This document shows, one piece after another, positions 16,770 through 26,164 of a stretch of DNA of 59,772 nt. Position numbers and translations under genes: made by a program. Each line of letters starts with the position of its first letter. Position 1 is the stretch's first letter. This stretch comes from an uncultured Eubacteriales bacterium (GTDB lineage: Bacteria; Bacillota; Clostridia; Christensenellales; Aristaeellaceae): the NCBI GenBank assembly GCA_902764565.1, contig CACWWM010000001.1:1-59772 (forward strand), in the 5' to 3' direction. The notes beneath the pieces are model-generated. The model was not told the origin of the DNA, did not search any database, and saw only the letters and a list, made by a program, of their open reading frames with translations.

Positions 16770-17378
16770 ATGGCATTTCATATTTACGGGAACAATTATC
16801 TGTATGTGGATATGAGCGACCTTAAAACGAAGCTGGAATGGATGAAAAGCGTTCTGAACAAGGATCAGTTTGAAAAGCTGATGTACCGCACCTTCGCAGA
16901 AACAGGCAGGAGAGCAAAAACGCTTGTTGCGAAGGAAGTACAACAAGATTACGTGGTGACGCAGCAATGGGTGAAAAGCCAGATCGGAAGCTTTAAACTG
17001 CAATTCGGCGGCCAATTTCCCGTGACATGCACCATCCCGTTGAAGGGCGTAAAGGGATCAATCGGCGGGCGCTTCCCTCTTTCCAGCCCTGCGCGCTCGC
17101 GTAAGCAGGGCGTTGTACGCAGCTCCATCGTAAAAGGCCAAGTAAGCACAATGCCAAGCCATATGACCAACCAAGGCGGCAATCCTCCTTTCGTGGTGAA
17201 TGGCGTAGCTTTTACCAGGCGGACGGCGGAACGCTATCCCATCGTGCGCGTGGTGGGCTTAGGCGTGCCGCAAATGCCGCTTAACCGATCCCAAGAAAAG
17301 GTAGAGGACAGTATTTTGGATTACACGCAGAAGCGCCTTGACCACCACTTTGCCCGCATGTTAAGCGGGAACTGGTGA
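16770..17378 (+). CDS. virion-associated protein (weak resemblance to lambda gpZ-type proteins); function uncertain
   Basis: 202 aa with RBS GAAAGGGGGTGG. C-terminal pattern PFVVNGVAFTRR...YPIVRVVGLGVPQMP. Confidence 0.45.
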   Translation: MAFHIYGNNYLYVDMSDLKTKLEWMKSVLNKDQFEKLMYRTFAETGRRAKTLVAKEVQQDYVVTQQWVKSQIGSFKLQFGGQFPVTCTIPLKGVKGSIGGRFPLSSPARSRKQGVVRSSIVKGQVSTMPSHMTNQGGNPPFVVNGVAFTRRTAERYPIVRVVGLGVPQMPLNRSQEKVEDSILDYTQKRLDHHFARMLSGNW

Positions 17379-17399
17379 GCGCAGCGGGGGCGTCAAAAC

Positions 17400-17909
17400 A
17401 TGATTCCAGACCTGACCAAGAAGGAACTGGCAGAGATAGCCGGTTATACCTATCGACGGCTATATACCATAGATCGGGATTTGCCGGAGGATAAAAAACT
17501 GTTTGTAGAGGGAAAGGATGGGAAATACAGCCTTTCCTTTTTCGTGCAGCGCTGGGTGGAATATAACGTTGAAACGGAAACCAGCGAGAGCAACGACCTG
17601 GATATAGAAAAGGCTATGCACGAAGCGGTGAAGCGCCGGAAAACGGAAATCCAGGTGGAAATGCTGGAAGGGCAGTTGGTGGAGGTTTCGGCAGTAAGCA
17701 AGCTATGGGCTGATATTGCGGCGACGGTAGCCAGCCGGTTCACGAACCTTGCCCGGAAGGTGGCCCCTTCCCTGGTGATGATGGGAAGCGCTGAAAACAT
17801 AGAGGAAATCATAGACCGGGAAGTGAGGGACGCGCTGGAAATGATCGCCGACACGCCATTGCCTGGGGAAAAAATGGATATGGCCGAAGAAAGGGACGAT
17901 AACGAATGA
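17400..17909 (+). CDS. terS: terminase small subunit (Nu1-like)
   Basis: 169 aa. N-terminal HTH LTKKELAEIAGYTYRRLY. Directly upstream of terL with an ATGA overlap. Confidence 0.7.
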   Translation: MIPDLTKKELAEIAGYTYRRLYTIDRDLPEDKKLFVEGKDGKYSLSFFVQRWVEYNVETETSESNDLDIEKAMHEAVKRRKTEIQVEMLEGQLVEVSAVSKLWADIAATVASRFTNLARKVAPSLVMMGSAENIEEIIDREVRDALEMIADTPLPGEKMDMAEERDDNE

Positions 17910-19768
17910 CCTTGAACGCCTCGCGCACAGACCCGATTCTGGCGCTGGGGCGGCAGACGTTAGAGCTATTCCGCCCGCCGAGCGACGAGAGCGTTTCTCA
18001 ATGGGCGGATAAGTATAGAATCATTGTCGGGAAAGGCGCTCCTGAACCTGGGCCGTGGAGAACGGACAGAGCGCCTTATCAAAGAGAAATCATGGACAGC
18101 TTTTCAGACCGCGAAATCCATGACGTGGCCGTTATGAGCTGCGCCCAGGCGGGAAAAACTGACATGATCCTCAATATGATGTTCCGCATGATCGACCTTG
18201 ATCCCGGCCCGAGCCTGCTTGTAATGCCTGCGGAGGACGACACTGACAATTATTCAAAGGAACGTCTGACCCCAACGCTGGAAGCGACGCCGAAACTGCG
18301 CGACAAAATCTTTTCAGGGAACGGAAGCACCATCCGGCAGAAGAATTTCCCTGGCGGATTTATCAGCATGACCGGCGCAATGAGCCCCGGCGGGCTGAAA
18401 AGCCGCCCCATCCGTTATCTGTTCATGGATGAAGTGGACGGCTATCCGGCTTCCGCAGGCGTAGAGGGCGATCCTGTTTCTTTGGCACAGAAAAGAACGC
18501 AGAACTTCTTTAATGCCAAGCGGGTGTATACGAGCACACCGACCATTAAGCAGACCAGCCGGATTTATAAGCTGTTCATGCGCGGCACCCGTGAAGAATG
18601 GGAAATCCAATGCAAGCATTGCGGAGAGTATTCCCAGGTTCTTTTTGACGATATTCGGTTTGTAAAGAATGTAACAGCCGAAGACGGCATGCAAAAAGAA
18701 TATGAGGTTACGAGCGCCGTTTGGCGCTGTCCGCGCTGCCATGGACTAATGGAAGAACACGAGGTAAAACGCGCTCCGGCCAAATGGGTGGCCTATAACC
18801 CTAAAGCGCGGGAAAGGGGCCTGCGATCCTTCCACCTGAACGTATTCCTTTCCCCGTGGAGCAATTGGAAAGCGGTATGTAAAAAGTTTTTAGACAGTAA
18901 AGACGACCCTGAAATGCTGAAAACTTTTTATAACCTTGAATTGGGCCTTCCTTTTGAATACAAAGAAACGACAACGGTTCCTGAAGTTATGTATATGCGC
19001 CGAGAGCACTACAATGCGGAAGTGCCTAACGGCGTACTGGTCATTACGATTGGGATCGACACCCAGGGAAACCGGCTGGAATACGAAGTGAAAGGCTGGG
19101 GAAGAAATGACGAAAGCTGGGGCATACAATACGGCGTGATACCGGGCAGGGCCGACGAGGACGAAGTTTGGGAGGGCGTGGATGCGCTGCTCAACCGAGA
19201 GTGGAAAATGGAAAACGGGAAAAGCCTGCGGGCCGCCGTGACGTTTATTGACAGCGGCGGCAATTACCCGGACGACGTGAAAGAACAATGCTATAAACGC
19301 CGCAGCCGATACATCTTCCCTATCGCGGGCGCGACCAAAGACGACGTTCCTCTGGTGCATCACAGCAAATCGACCCGCGGGGGCATCAACATGTTCATGC
19401 TCAATGTGAGCGTAGGGAAAGAAGCGATCCTGTATAACGCGAGCATTGAGACGCCAGGGCCGCGCTATATGCACTACCCGGACAACGAGGAAGCGGGCTA
19501 TGACGAGTATTATTTTAAGGGCCTGATTTCCGAACAGCGGAAATTGGTTATGAAACGCGGCAAGTATGTGTACGAGTGGAAAAAAATCTATGAGCGCAAC
19601 GAACCGCTTGACGTATGCAATTATGCCCGATGCGCTTTCAAGGGATTCAAAATTGACCTGGACGCCTGGGAAGAAAGGCTGTACGGAAAGAAAAAAATCA
19701 AGCTGGCAGATCCGCCAGGGAAGCCGCGCCGCCCCAAGGGATTGCTTTCCAAAGGGGTGGAAGTGTAA
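17906..19768 (+). CDS. terL: terminase large subunit (lambda GpA family)
   Basis: 620 aa with WADKYRI...GPWRTDRAPYQREIMD and Walker A CAQAGKT. Confidence 0.9.
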   Translation: MTLNASRTDPILALGRQTLELFRPPSDESVSQWADKYRIIVGKGAPEPGPWRTDRAPYQREIMDSFSDREIHDVAVMSCAQAGKTDMILNMMFRMIDLDPGPSLLVMPAEDDTDNYSKERLTPTLEATPKLRDKIFSGNGSTIRQKNFPGGFISMTGAMSPGGLKSRPIRYLFMDEVDGYPASAGVEGDPVSLAQKRTQNFFNAKRVYTSTPTIKQTSRIYKLFMRGTREEWEIQCKHCGEYSQVLFDDIRFVKNVTAEDGMQKEYEVTSAVWRCPRCHGLMEEHEVKRAPAKWVAYNPKARERGLRSFHLNVFLSPWSNWKAVCKKFLDSKDDPEMLKTFYNLELGLPFEYKETTTVPEVMYMRREHYNAEVPNGVLVITIGIDTQGNRLEYEVKGWGRNDESWGIQYGVIPGRADEDEVWEGVDALLNREWKMENGKSLRAAVTFIDSGGNYPDDVKEQCYKRRSRYIFPIAGATKDDVPLVHHSKSTRGGINMFMLNVSVGKEAILYNASIETPGPRYMHYPDNEEAGYDEYYFKGLISEQRKLVMKRGKYVYEWKKIYERNEPLDVCNYARCAFKGFKIDLDAWEERLYGKKKIKLADPPGKPRRPKGLLSKGVEV

Positions 19769-19782
19769 AGGGAGGAAAGGAC

Positions 19783-20043
19783 ATGCCTTACAAAAACGGC
19801 AAGTATTACAATGCGGCCTATTCCTATGAGGAAGCCAAGGAGTATTTGAGGCTGAACAAGCAAGCGCTCCGGGCACTTGTGGACGGACAGGCCAAGGAAT
19901 ACACCATCGGCAGCAGAAGCGTAACGTTTCTTGACGTGGACGACATAGAAAGACAGGTTGCCAAATTTACCAAAATCGTGGACGGGTACGAAAACAATAC
20001 GCGCCCGACGCGAAACGTGAGCGTGGTTTTCCACGACAATTAA
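19783..20043 (+). CDS. head-tail joining protein, gpW-like
   Basis: 86 aa, positioned between terL and the portal gene as in lambda. Confidence 0.55.
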   Translation: MPYKNGKYYNAAYSYEEAKEYLRLNKQALRALVDGQAKEYTIGSRSVTFLDVDDIERQVAKFTKIVDGYENNTRPTRNVSVVFHDN

Positions 20044-20067
20044 GCGGCCTGATATTGAGGTGAGGAC

Positions 20068-21675
20068 ATGGAAAACACACCGAAAAACAGCCGGAGCATC
20101 CTGAATATGAATTTCCGCGAAAGGGTTGTAACCTTCTTCTCTCCCGAAAAAGGATTGAGCATGTTCCAGGAGAGGAAGAAGCGCGCCATCGCTTCGGGCT
20201 ATGCTTACCATGGCGCGAACAAAACAAAGAACAGCCTGATCGCCTGGCAGACGGGCGGCGGCAGCGCAGAGGACGACATCGACAAGCAGAGCACGACCCT
20301 GCGCGTGAGAAGCCGCGACCTGTATACCGGCGGCGGCCTGGGAAGGGCGGCCCCCGCGACGATGGTAACAAATGTTGTTGGGTGGGGCATATCTCCGAAA
20401 CCGAAGCCCGACCTGGACGTGCTGGGTATGAGCGAGCAGGAGGCGGACGATTGGGGGAAAAACACCCTACGGGAATTTAACATGTGGGCCAAAACGACCA
20501 TGTGCGACGCCAGCCGCCAGCTCAACTTTTGGGAAATGATGGAGCTATCTTTCCGCAGCGAATTGGTAAGCGGTGATGATTTCGTGCTGTTGGAGCACAA
20601 GCCGAACCTTCAAAACCCCTACACGCTGACCCTGCGCCTGCTGGAAGCGGACAGGGTATGCACGCCGGAAACTGACGGAGAAAGCGAAGCCAAAAACCTG
20701 GATAATGGCGGCAGGATCATTGACGGCGTGGAAATCAACAAAGACGGGGAAGTTTGCCGATACCACATTGCCAGCTACCATCCCATGGCGGAGGAAACGC
20801 AGGGAGAAATCACCTGGACAGCGATAGACGCCTATGGGAAAGAAACCGGGATGCCGAATATTCTGCCGATCATGACGGTGGAGAGGCCCGAGCAAAGGAG
20901 AGGAATACCGTTTGTTTCGGCCATGATCGAGCAGATCAAACAGCTTGACCGGTATTTAAGCAGCGAATTGGCGGCCAGCATCGTACACTCGATGCTGACC
21001 GTTTTTATTACCACCAAAGACCCGGACGATGGAGAATATGCTCTGCCCGACGGCGTGCCGGAAGATGAAAAAGTGACCGATGATCCTATGAAGATCGAAA
21101 TGGGCAACGGCAATGTATACGAACTGCCGCCCAATAAGGATGTAAAGAGCATCGGAAACACCCGCGCGCCGACGGCGTTTGACAGCTTTGTTTCCCGAAC
21201 GGTAACGATGATCGCTTCCTCTGTGGAGATTCCGCCGGAAGTGCTGATGCACCAGTACGGGAGCAATTACACGGCCAGCAGGGCGGCGGCGCTGGACTTC
21301 TGGAAAGTGGTGCGCCGGTACAGAAAGCAATTCATCGGGCAATTCTGCCAACCGATTTACGAGCAATGGCTTGCCGAAGCCGTGGCCCTGGGGCGCGTAG
21401 ACGCTCCGGGGTTTTTTGATGATCCGGCCATTCGGGAAGCCTGGTGCGCGTGCCAATGGATCGGAACCAGCCAAGGGCATGTTCAGCCTGTGCAGGAAGC
21501 GCAGGCCGCTATCAGCCGCATGGAGGCTGGCATATCCACGGGCGAACAGGAAGCCATGGAATTTAACGGCAGCAATTACCTGGAAAACCTTTCGCAGCGA
21601 GCAAAAGAGATTAAGGCGCGCAATAAAGCGATGCCTGGGGAAAAGGAGGATAAACAGGATGCCAAGCATAAATAA
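20068..21675 (+). CDS. portal protein (lambda gpB family)
   Basis: 535 aa. Size, position and the motif LRVRSRDLYTGGG...MVTNVVGWGI fit the family. Confidence 0.85.
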   Translation: MENTPKNSRSILNMNFRERVVTFFSPEKGLSMFQERKKRAIASGYAYHGANKTKNSLIAWQTGGGSAEDDIDKQSTTLRVRSRDLYTGGGLGRAAPATMVTNVVGWGISPKPKPDLDVLGMSEQEADDWGKNTLREFNMWAKTTMCDASRQLNFWEMMELSFRSELVSGDDFVLLEHKPNLQNPYTLTLRLLEADRVCTPETDGESEAKNLDNGGRIIDGVEINKDGEVCRYHIASYHPMAEETQGEITWTAIDAYGKETGMPNILPIMTVERPEQRRGIPFVSAMIEQIKQLDRYLSSELAASIVHSMLTVFITTKDPDDGEYALPDGVPEDEKVTDDPMKIEMGNGNVYELPPNKDVKSIGNTRAPTAFDSFVSRTVTMIASSVEIPPEVLMHQYGSNYTASRAAALDFWKVVRRYRKQFIGQFCQPIYEQWLAEAVALGRVDAPGFFDDPAIREAWCACQWIGTSQGHVQPVQEAQAAISRMEAGISTGEQEAMEFNGSNYLENLSQRAKEIKARNKAMPGEKEDKQDAKHK

Positions 21676-22834
21676 GCGGTTTTCCCTGCGCTTTGAGATC
21701 AAAAGAGCACTGGGGGGCAAAAAGGGGATCATCAAGATTTACTCCGCCATTGATACGATGAAATGGTGGGGCGAAGACCCCACCGTGACGAGCAACGACT
21801 TTGACAAGGAATTGACCGCCCTGGGAGAAGTGGACGAATTGAACATCCGAATCAACTCCCCCGGCGGCGTGGTAAGTGAGGCAATCGCTATTCGCTCCAC
21901 CCTGATGCGTCACCCGGCCATAAAAACCATTGATATTGAAGGGTGCTGCGACAGCGCGGCGACACTGATCGCCTGCCTGCCGGGCGCGCACGTGCGCATG
22001 ACAAAGGGCAGCGAATACATGATCCACCGCGCCCGCAGAGGCGCGCGCGGAACCGCTGACGATATGATGTCCGCCTACAATGACCTGAAAAAAACAGACA
22101 GCGATATGGCGGATATATATGCCCAGCGCACAGGCAAAAAGCCGGAAGAATGCTTTGAACTGATGCGGGCGGAAACCTGGTTCAATGCCGAGGACGCGAA
22201 AAACAACGGATTCGTGGACGAAGTGCTGACCGGAGAGGACGAACAAGAGCCGATTGTAGCCTGCGCCGTGGACGAAGAAACCATGGAATTGATGCGCGCC
22301 TGCTACGCCCACGTGCCGGACAGGGCCATCAAGCAGACAGCCGCAGAGGAAAACGAGCAAATGAAAGTCAGTAACGAGAAATCGGCAGTTGCCGCCGAAA
22401 ACTCGACTGAAATAAAAAACGGAGAGGTGGAAAAAATGGCTGAACTCAAAGACGCAACTGCCGAAATGCTGAACACGGAGAACCCCGAACTGGCCCGCAG
22501 CATTGCCGAGCAGGCCGTGAACGCTGAACGCGAAAGGATTCAGCAGATCGAGGACATGACGCCGCCTGGCGCGGACTACGCGCAAATGAAAGCCGAGGCT
22601 ATGCGGAGCGGCACCGGCGCAGGCGAATACCTGAAAATGGTGGTAGCCAAGCAGAAGGAAAAGGCTGGCGGCTATATGACCGCCCGCGCCAAGGAAACCG
22701 CAAGCGCCAAGGAAGTGACCGGCGGCGGGGCCGCGGATCAGGACGAAACCCCTGAAGCCAAGGAAAACAAATGGGCCAAAGAAGTGGCAGATTTGGCCTG
22801 CGGCATTGACGCCGAAACCCGAGAAATGATGTAA
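21659..22834 (+). CDS. ClpP-like head maturation protease fused to scaffold-like acidic C-terminus
   Basis: 391 aa with RINSPGGVVSEAIAI. The internal ATG at 21659 is chosen because it overlaps the portal gene end. Confidence 0.8.
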   Translation: MPSINKRFSLRFEIKRALGGKKGIIKIYSAIDTMKWWGEDPTVTSNDFDKELTALGEVDELNIRINSPGGVVSEAIAIRSTLMRHPAIKTIDIEGCCDSAATLIACLPGAHVRMTKGSEYMIHRARRGARGTADDMMSAYNDLKKTDSDMADIYAQRTGKKPEECFELMRAETWFNAEDAKNNGFVDEVLTGEDEQEPIVACAVDEETMELMRACYAHVPDRAIKQTAAEENEQMKVSNEKSAVAAENSTEIKNGEVEKMAELKDATAEMLNTENPELARSIAEQAVNAERERIQQIEDMTPPGADYAQMKAEAMRSGTGAGEYLKMVVAKQKEKAGGYMTARAKETASAKEVTGGGAADQDETPEAKENKWAKEVADLACGIDAETREMM

Positions 22835-22848
22835 AGGAGGACGGCAAG

Positions 22849-23475
22849 ATGGAGCTTTATAACAATTTGGGCGCGCTTGATCCCACGTATCTGCTGGCAA
22901 GCGGAACGGGAAAGCGCATCGCCATTTCCCTGGAACCTGGCAACGGGCAGGTGAAACGCGGAACGCTCATGTACCGCAAAGCCAGCTCCGTGCTCTACGC
23001 GCCCGCCGCCGCTGCAAACGTGATTGCGACCAATTACGTTGTGGTGCTGGGCGAAGACGTGGACACTGACGAATCCGCGACCGTGGCGGCTTCCGCTATG
23101 GCGTACAGCGCGGGCGAGTTCCTGACCGGCTATGTAAAGCACGGCGATGATAGCGCTATTTCCGCCGCGGAAGAAGTGGTGCTTCGGGCCATGGGCATTA
23201 CCTTCAAGCCTCTGGACAATCCCACTTCCGCCGCCCAGGAAGCCGACAATACGGCGGAAGTAAGCGTGACCGTGCAAAACGATGGCAACGGAACCGGATC
23301 GGCCAGCCCCGCCAGCGGCACGATTGGAACGGAAGTGACCCTTTCCGCTACCCCGAGCAGCGATTACCATTTCAAAGAGTGGCAGGTTATTTCCGGCGGC
23401 GTGACCATTGTGGATAATAAATTCACAATCGGGAATAAAGCCGTCACGGTGAAAGCCATCTTTGAAGCAGACTAA
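22849..23475 (+). CDS. head decoration protein (gpD-like) with C-terminal InlB B-repeat-type domain
   Basis: 208 aa. The tail GTGSASPASGTIGTEVTLSATPSSDYHFKEWQV matches the Listeria-Bacteroides repeat pattern. Confidence 0.6.
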   Translation: MELYNNLGALDPTYLLASGTGKRIAISLEPGNGQVKRGTLMYRKASSVLYAPAAAANVIATNYVVVLGEDVDTDESATVAASAMAYSAGEFLTGYVKHGDDSAISAAEEVVLRAMGITFKPLDNPTSAAQEADNTAEVSVTVQNDGNGTGSASPASGTIGTEVTLSATPSSDYHFKEWQVISGGVTIVDNKFTIGNKAVTVKAIFEAD

Positions 23476-23492
23476 GAAAGGAGGTAACAACA

Positions 23493-24551
23493 ATGTCTGT
23501 ATTGTTCGATATGTTCAAAACTACGGTGATGCTAAAAGCCGTTGAGCTTATGCCGCGGGTTTACACCTTCCTGTCTGACACCTTCGGAGAAGAAGGAGAT
23601 ACCTTCGCGGACGACACCGCCACCTATGATTACCGCAAAGGCGCGTCCACCGGCCTGGCCCCCATCGTCGTTCCCGGAACAGGCGGCATTCCCACGTCCC
23701 GCGAGGGGTACGAAATGCGGCAGATCAAATTCTGCGAAATGGCCCCTGAACGCATTGTTACCCTGGAAGATATTTCCGTGCGTATGTTCGGCGAAAAAGT
23801 GCTGGGTGCTATGACGCCGGAACAGCGGGCCAAAAAGATCATGGCGCGGGATCTGACGTACCTGCGCCAGCTTAACCAGAACCGGCGCAATTGGCTGGTG
23901 CGCGAAGTGCTGCTGAAAGGCAAGACCGCCATCCGCCGCTACACCAGGGAAGGACGCGAAAAGGAACCCACCCTTTTTGCCGACTTCGGTTTCACCAACA
24001 ACTACATTCCGGCCATCAAATGGAATCAGGCGGGCGCGAAAATCGACTATGACATGGAAGCCGCTTTCGATCTGGCCTATGAAGGGCTGTGCAATCCCGA
24101 CGTGATGGTGATGGGCCGCGGCGTGTTCGAGTGCATGATGGAAAACAGCAAATTCACCCAAAAGCTGGATATGCGGAACGTTGACCTGGGAGAGATCAAC
24201 AGCAAGTACAAGGGCCAGGGTATCCGCTTCCGCGGCTACAACAGCGACGGCGTGGCGATGTATTCCGATCATGGCAAATTCATCAACGATGATCGCCAGA
24301 TCGAAAAGGAAGTGCCCGACGGATGGATCATCCTGGGCAGCACCAAGGATAAGGCCGTGAAGGTGCATCATGGCATTATCAACAAGGTGAAGGGCCAGGG
24401 CGAAAATTCCGAATGGCACAGCTACGTCAAGAAGGAAGTGCCCTTCCGCTTCGGCAGCGAGGACAACGACGTGGTGGGCACCCGCATGGTGAGCCGCCCG
24501 ACCGTCGTTCCCAACAATGTGGACGGCTGGGTGGTTATGAAGGTGCTGTAA
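23493..24551 (+). CDS. major capsid protein (lambda gpE family)
   Basis: 352 aa, positioned after the decoration gene. Strong RBS AAAGGAGG. Confidence 0.8.
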   Translation: MSVLFDMFKTTVMLKAVELMPRVYTFLSDTFGEEGDTFADDTATYDYRKGASTGLAPIVVPGTGGIPTSREGYEMRQIKFCEMAPERIVTLEDISVRMFGEKVLGAMTPEQRAKKIMARDLTYLRQLNQNRRNWLVREVLLKGKTAIRRYTREGREKEPTLFADFGFTNNYIPAIKWNQAGAKIDYDMEAAFDLAYEGLCNPDVMVMGRGVFECMMENSKFTQKLDMRNVDLGEINSKYKGQGIRFRGYNSDGVAMYSDHGKFINDDRQIEKEVPDGWIILGSTKDKAVKVHHGIINKVKGQGENSEWHSYVKKEVPFRFGSEDNDVVGTRMVSRPTVVPNNVDGWVVMKVL

Positions 24552-24564
24552 GGAGGGCGCGGCA

Positions 24565-24954
24565 ATGTCCTATTTTGCAAAAGTCAATATCGGGATTCCT
24601 CCTTTCGGGATCGTGACCTTTGGCGAAATGCTGAAAGGCGAACATATCGAAGCCCTGGGAAGCGAACGAGTGGCGGAACTGGTGAAGGAAAAGGCGCTGG
24701 GCGTGCAGAATGACGCCTGCCCTGCGCCCGCCCCCATACCCGCAGAGGAACATCCCGAGGAAACCATGACCGCCGATGAAGCGGAACAAACCGACGACGC
24801 GGAGGAACCGGCGGAAGAAGCGGACGAAACCGACGAAGAAGGGGACGAACTGAACCTTCCGATGGATGAACTGGTGAACGACGCGCCGGAAGATACCGGG
24901 GAAACCCCGAAAAAGAAAGGCAGGAAAAAGAAGAATGAAGATCAAGATGCTTAA
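24565..24954 (+). CDS. hypothetical protein with acidic C-terminus
   Basis: 129 aa with RBS AAGGAGGG. Confidence 0.55.
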   Translation: MSYFAKVNIGIPPFGIVTFGEMLKGEHIEALGSERVAELVKEKALGVQNDACPAPAPIPAEEHPEETMTADEAEQTDDAEEPAEEADETDEEGDELNLPMDELVNDAPEDTGETPKKKGRKKKNEDQDA

Positions 24955-25084
24955 AACCGGCGAAATCGTGGAACGCGATTCCGGCTACGCTGCGCGCCTG
25001 ATCGAACAGGGAAAGGCCATTCCCACAGATCCTGAACCGGCCATTGAAAAGCCTGCCAAGGGAAAACCCGCAAAGAATAAATAA
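24935..25084 (+). CDS. possible 49-aa ORF (below the ORF-track cutoff)
   Basis: Translated by hand: MKIKMLKTGEIVERDSGYAARLIEQGKAIPTDPEPAIEKPAKGKPAKNK. Fills an otherwise non-coding gap. Confidence 0.3.
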   Translation: MKIKMLKTGEIVERDSGYAARLIEQGKAIPTDPEPAIEKPAKGKPAKNK

Positions 25085-25096
25085 GCAGGATGTGCA

Positions 25097-25444
25097 TTGG
25101 CTATGGCATTAAAAGACAGAATCCCGCTGGATAACCACAGAATCTTCATGAACCAGGATCATTTCGCAACGGAACACACCTGGAACGGCATTTCCTTTGT
25201 GTGCGTTTCCGACGATTTGGAGGCGCTTAAACGGAAAAACAATAATGTGAATGATATTTCCTGGGATGGGAATACGCTGGATATTGTTGTTTTCGTTCCG
25301 ACGGACAGCCTGCCCGCGCGCGCACAGCCCAATGAAGCGGTGATTGTGGACGATGTGCAAATGCGGGTGCTGGATGTGATAGACGCCGTTGGCATGAAGG
25401 AAATTCACCTGACGCTGCATTACACAAAGGCGGTGCGCTTATGA
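25097..25444 (+). CDS. head-tail connector region protein
   Basis: 115 aa. Start is TTG at 25097 or ATG at 25103. Confidence 0.5.
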   Translation: MAMALKDRIPLDNHRIFMNQDHFATEHTWNGISFVCVSDDLEALKRKNNNVNDISWDGNTLDIVVFVPTDSLPARAQPNEAVIVDDVQMRVLDVIDAVGMKEIHLTLHYTKAVRL

Positions 25445-26145
25445 GGACAACGGAAAGGCTGAGGAAAGCAAAGGCATGGTTTTATCGGGAGCTGTGCGAA
25501 GGACGTAAATTGAAGGTGCCTATTTCGGGAAACAGCATCTTAAATACGGAAACGACGGAGCCCCGCGTATTCCTTGCCTATCAACCGTTAAGGCCGGACA
25601 TAAACGGGAATCCTACCGCGCTTTCCCCCATCCAGGTATTCGAGGACGATCCTTACAGCACATGCCCCAGCATTACGATTATGCCAAATGCCAGCTACAT
25701 CCAGTTTGTTCAGGATAAGCGGTTCGACAACTACAAAAACATCCACAGACCCCATAAAATGGGGCAACAGCTGTCCATGACGGTACTGTTCAGCGTATAC
25801 GAGCCCGGCATCCGCATGCCGGGCTTTGTTGACGGCATGGAGAATGGAAAGCCGGATATGTCCCTGCTGAAAGACGGGACAGAAGAAGGATTGTTCACAC
25901 TGCTGGACTGGATGGACGACGCTAAGGAGTTGATTCTGCGGGAGCAGACAATCCCTGAAACGGATATGATTCTGGATAAAGACAGCGCCATGACCTCTCT
26001 TTTCACGGATCAGAACTACGTTGTGGACAGACGCCCCATTTACTACGGCTTAATGCTGATCACCTGGAATTGTCATGCAGATGTTGGCAACGACAAAGGA
26101 AAACCCACGAAAGCCGACAGGCTTTTAGAAGGACTGGACGATTAG
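25441..26145 (+). CDS. structural protein of unknown role (between head and sheath genes)
   Basis: 234 aa with an ATGA overlap. Confidence 0.55.
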   Translation: MRTTERLRKAKAWFYRELCEGRKLKVPISGNSILNTETTEPRVFLAYQPLRPDINGNPTALSPIQVFEDDPYSTCPSITIMPNASYIQFVQDKRFDNYKNIHRPHKMGQQLSMTVLFSVYEPGIRMPGFVDGMENGKPDMSLLKDGTEEGLFTLLDWMDDAKELILREQTIPETDMILDKDSAMTSLFTDQNYVVDRRPIYYGLMLITWNCHADVGNDKGKPTKADRLLEGLDD

Positions 26146-26164
26146 GACAAGGAGGAAAACGGAT

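Noticed and set aside
18890-24419. Minus-strand ORFs 18890..19876, 20956..21735, 21611..22900, 22738..23493 and 23532..24419
   Set aside because: All are antisense to terminase, portal, protease, decoration or capsid genes. No start context or family resemblance.
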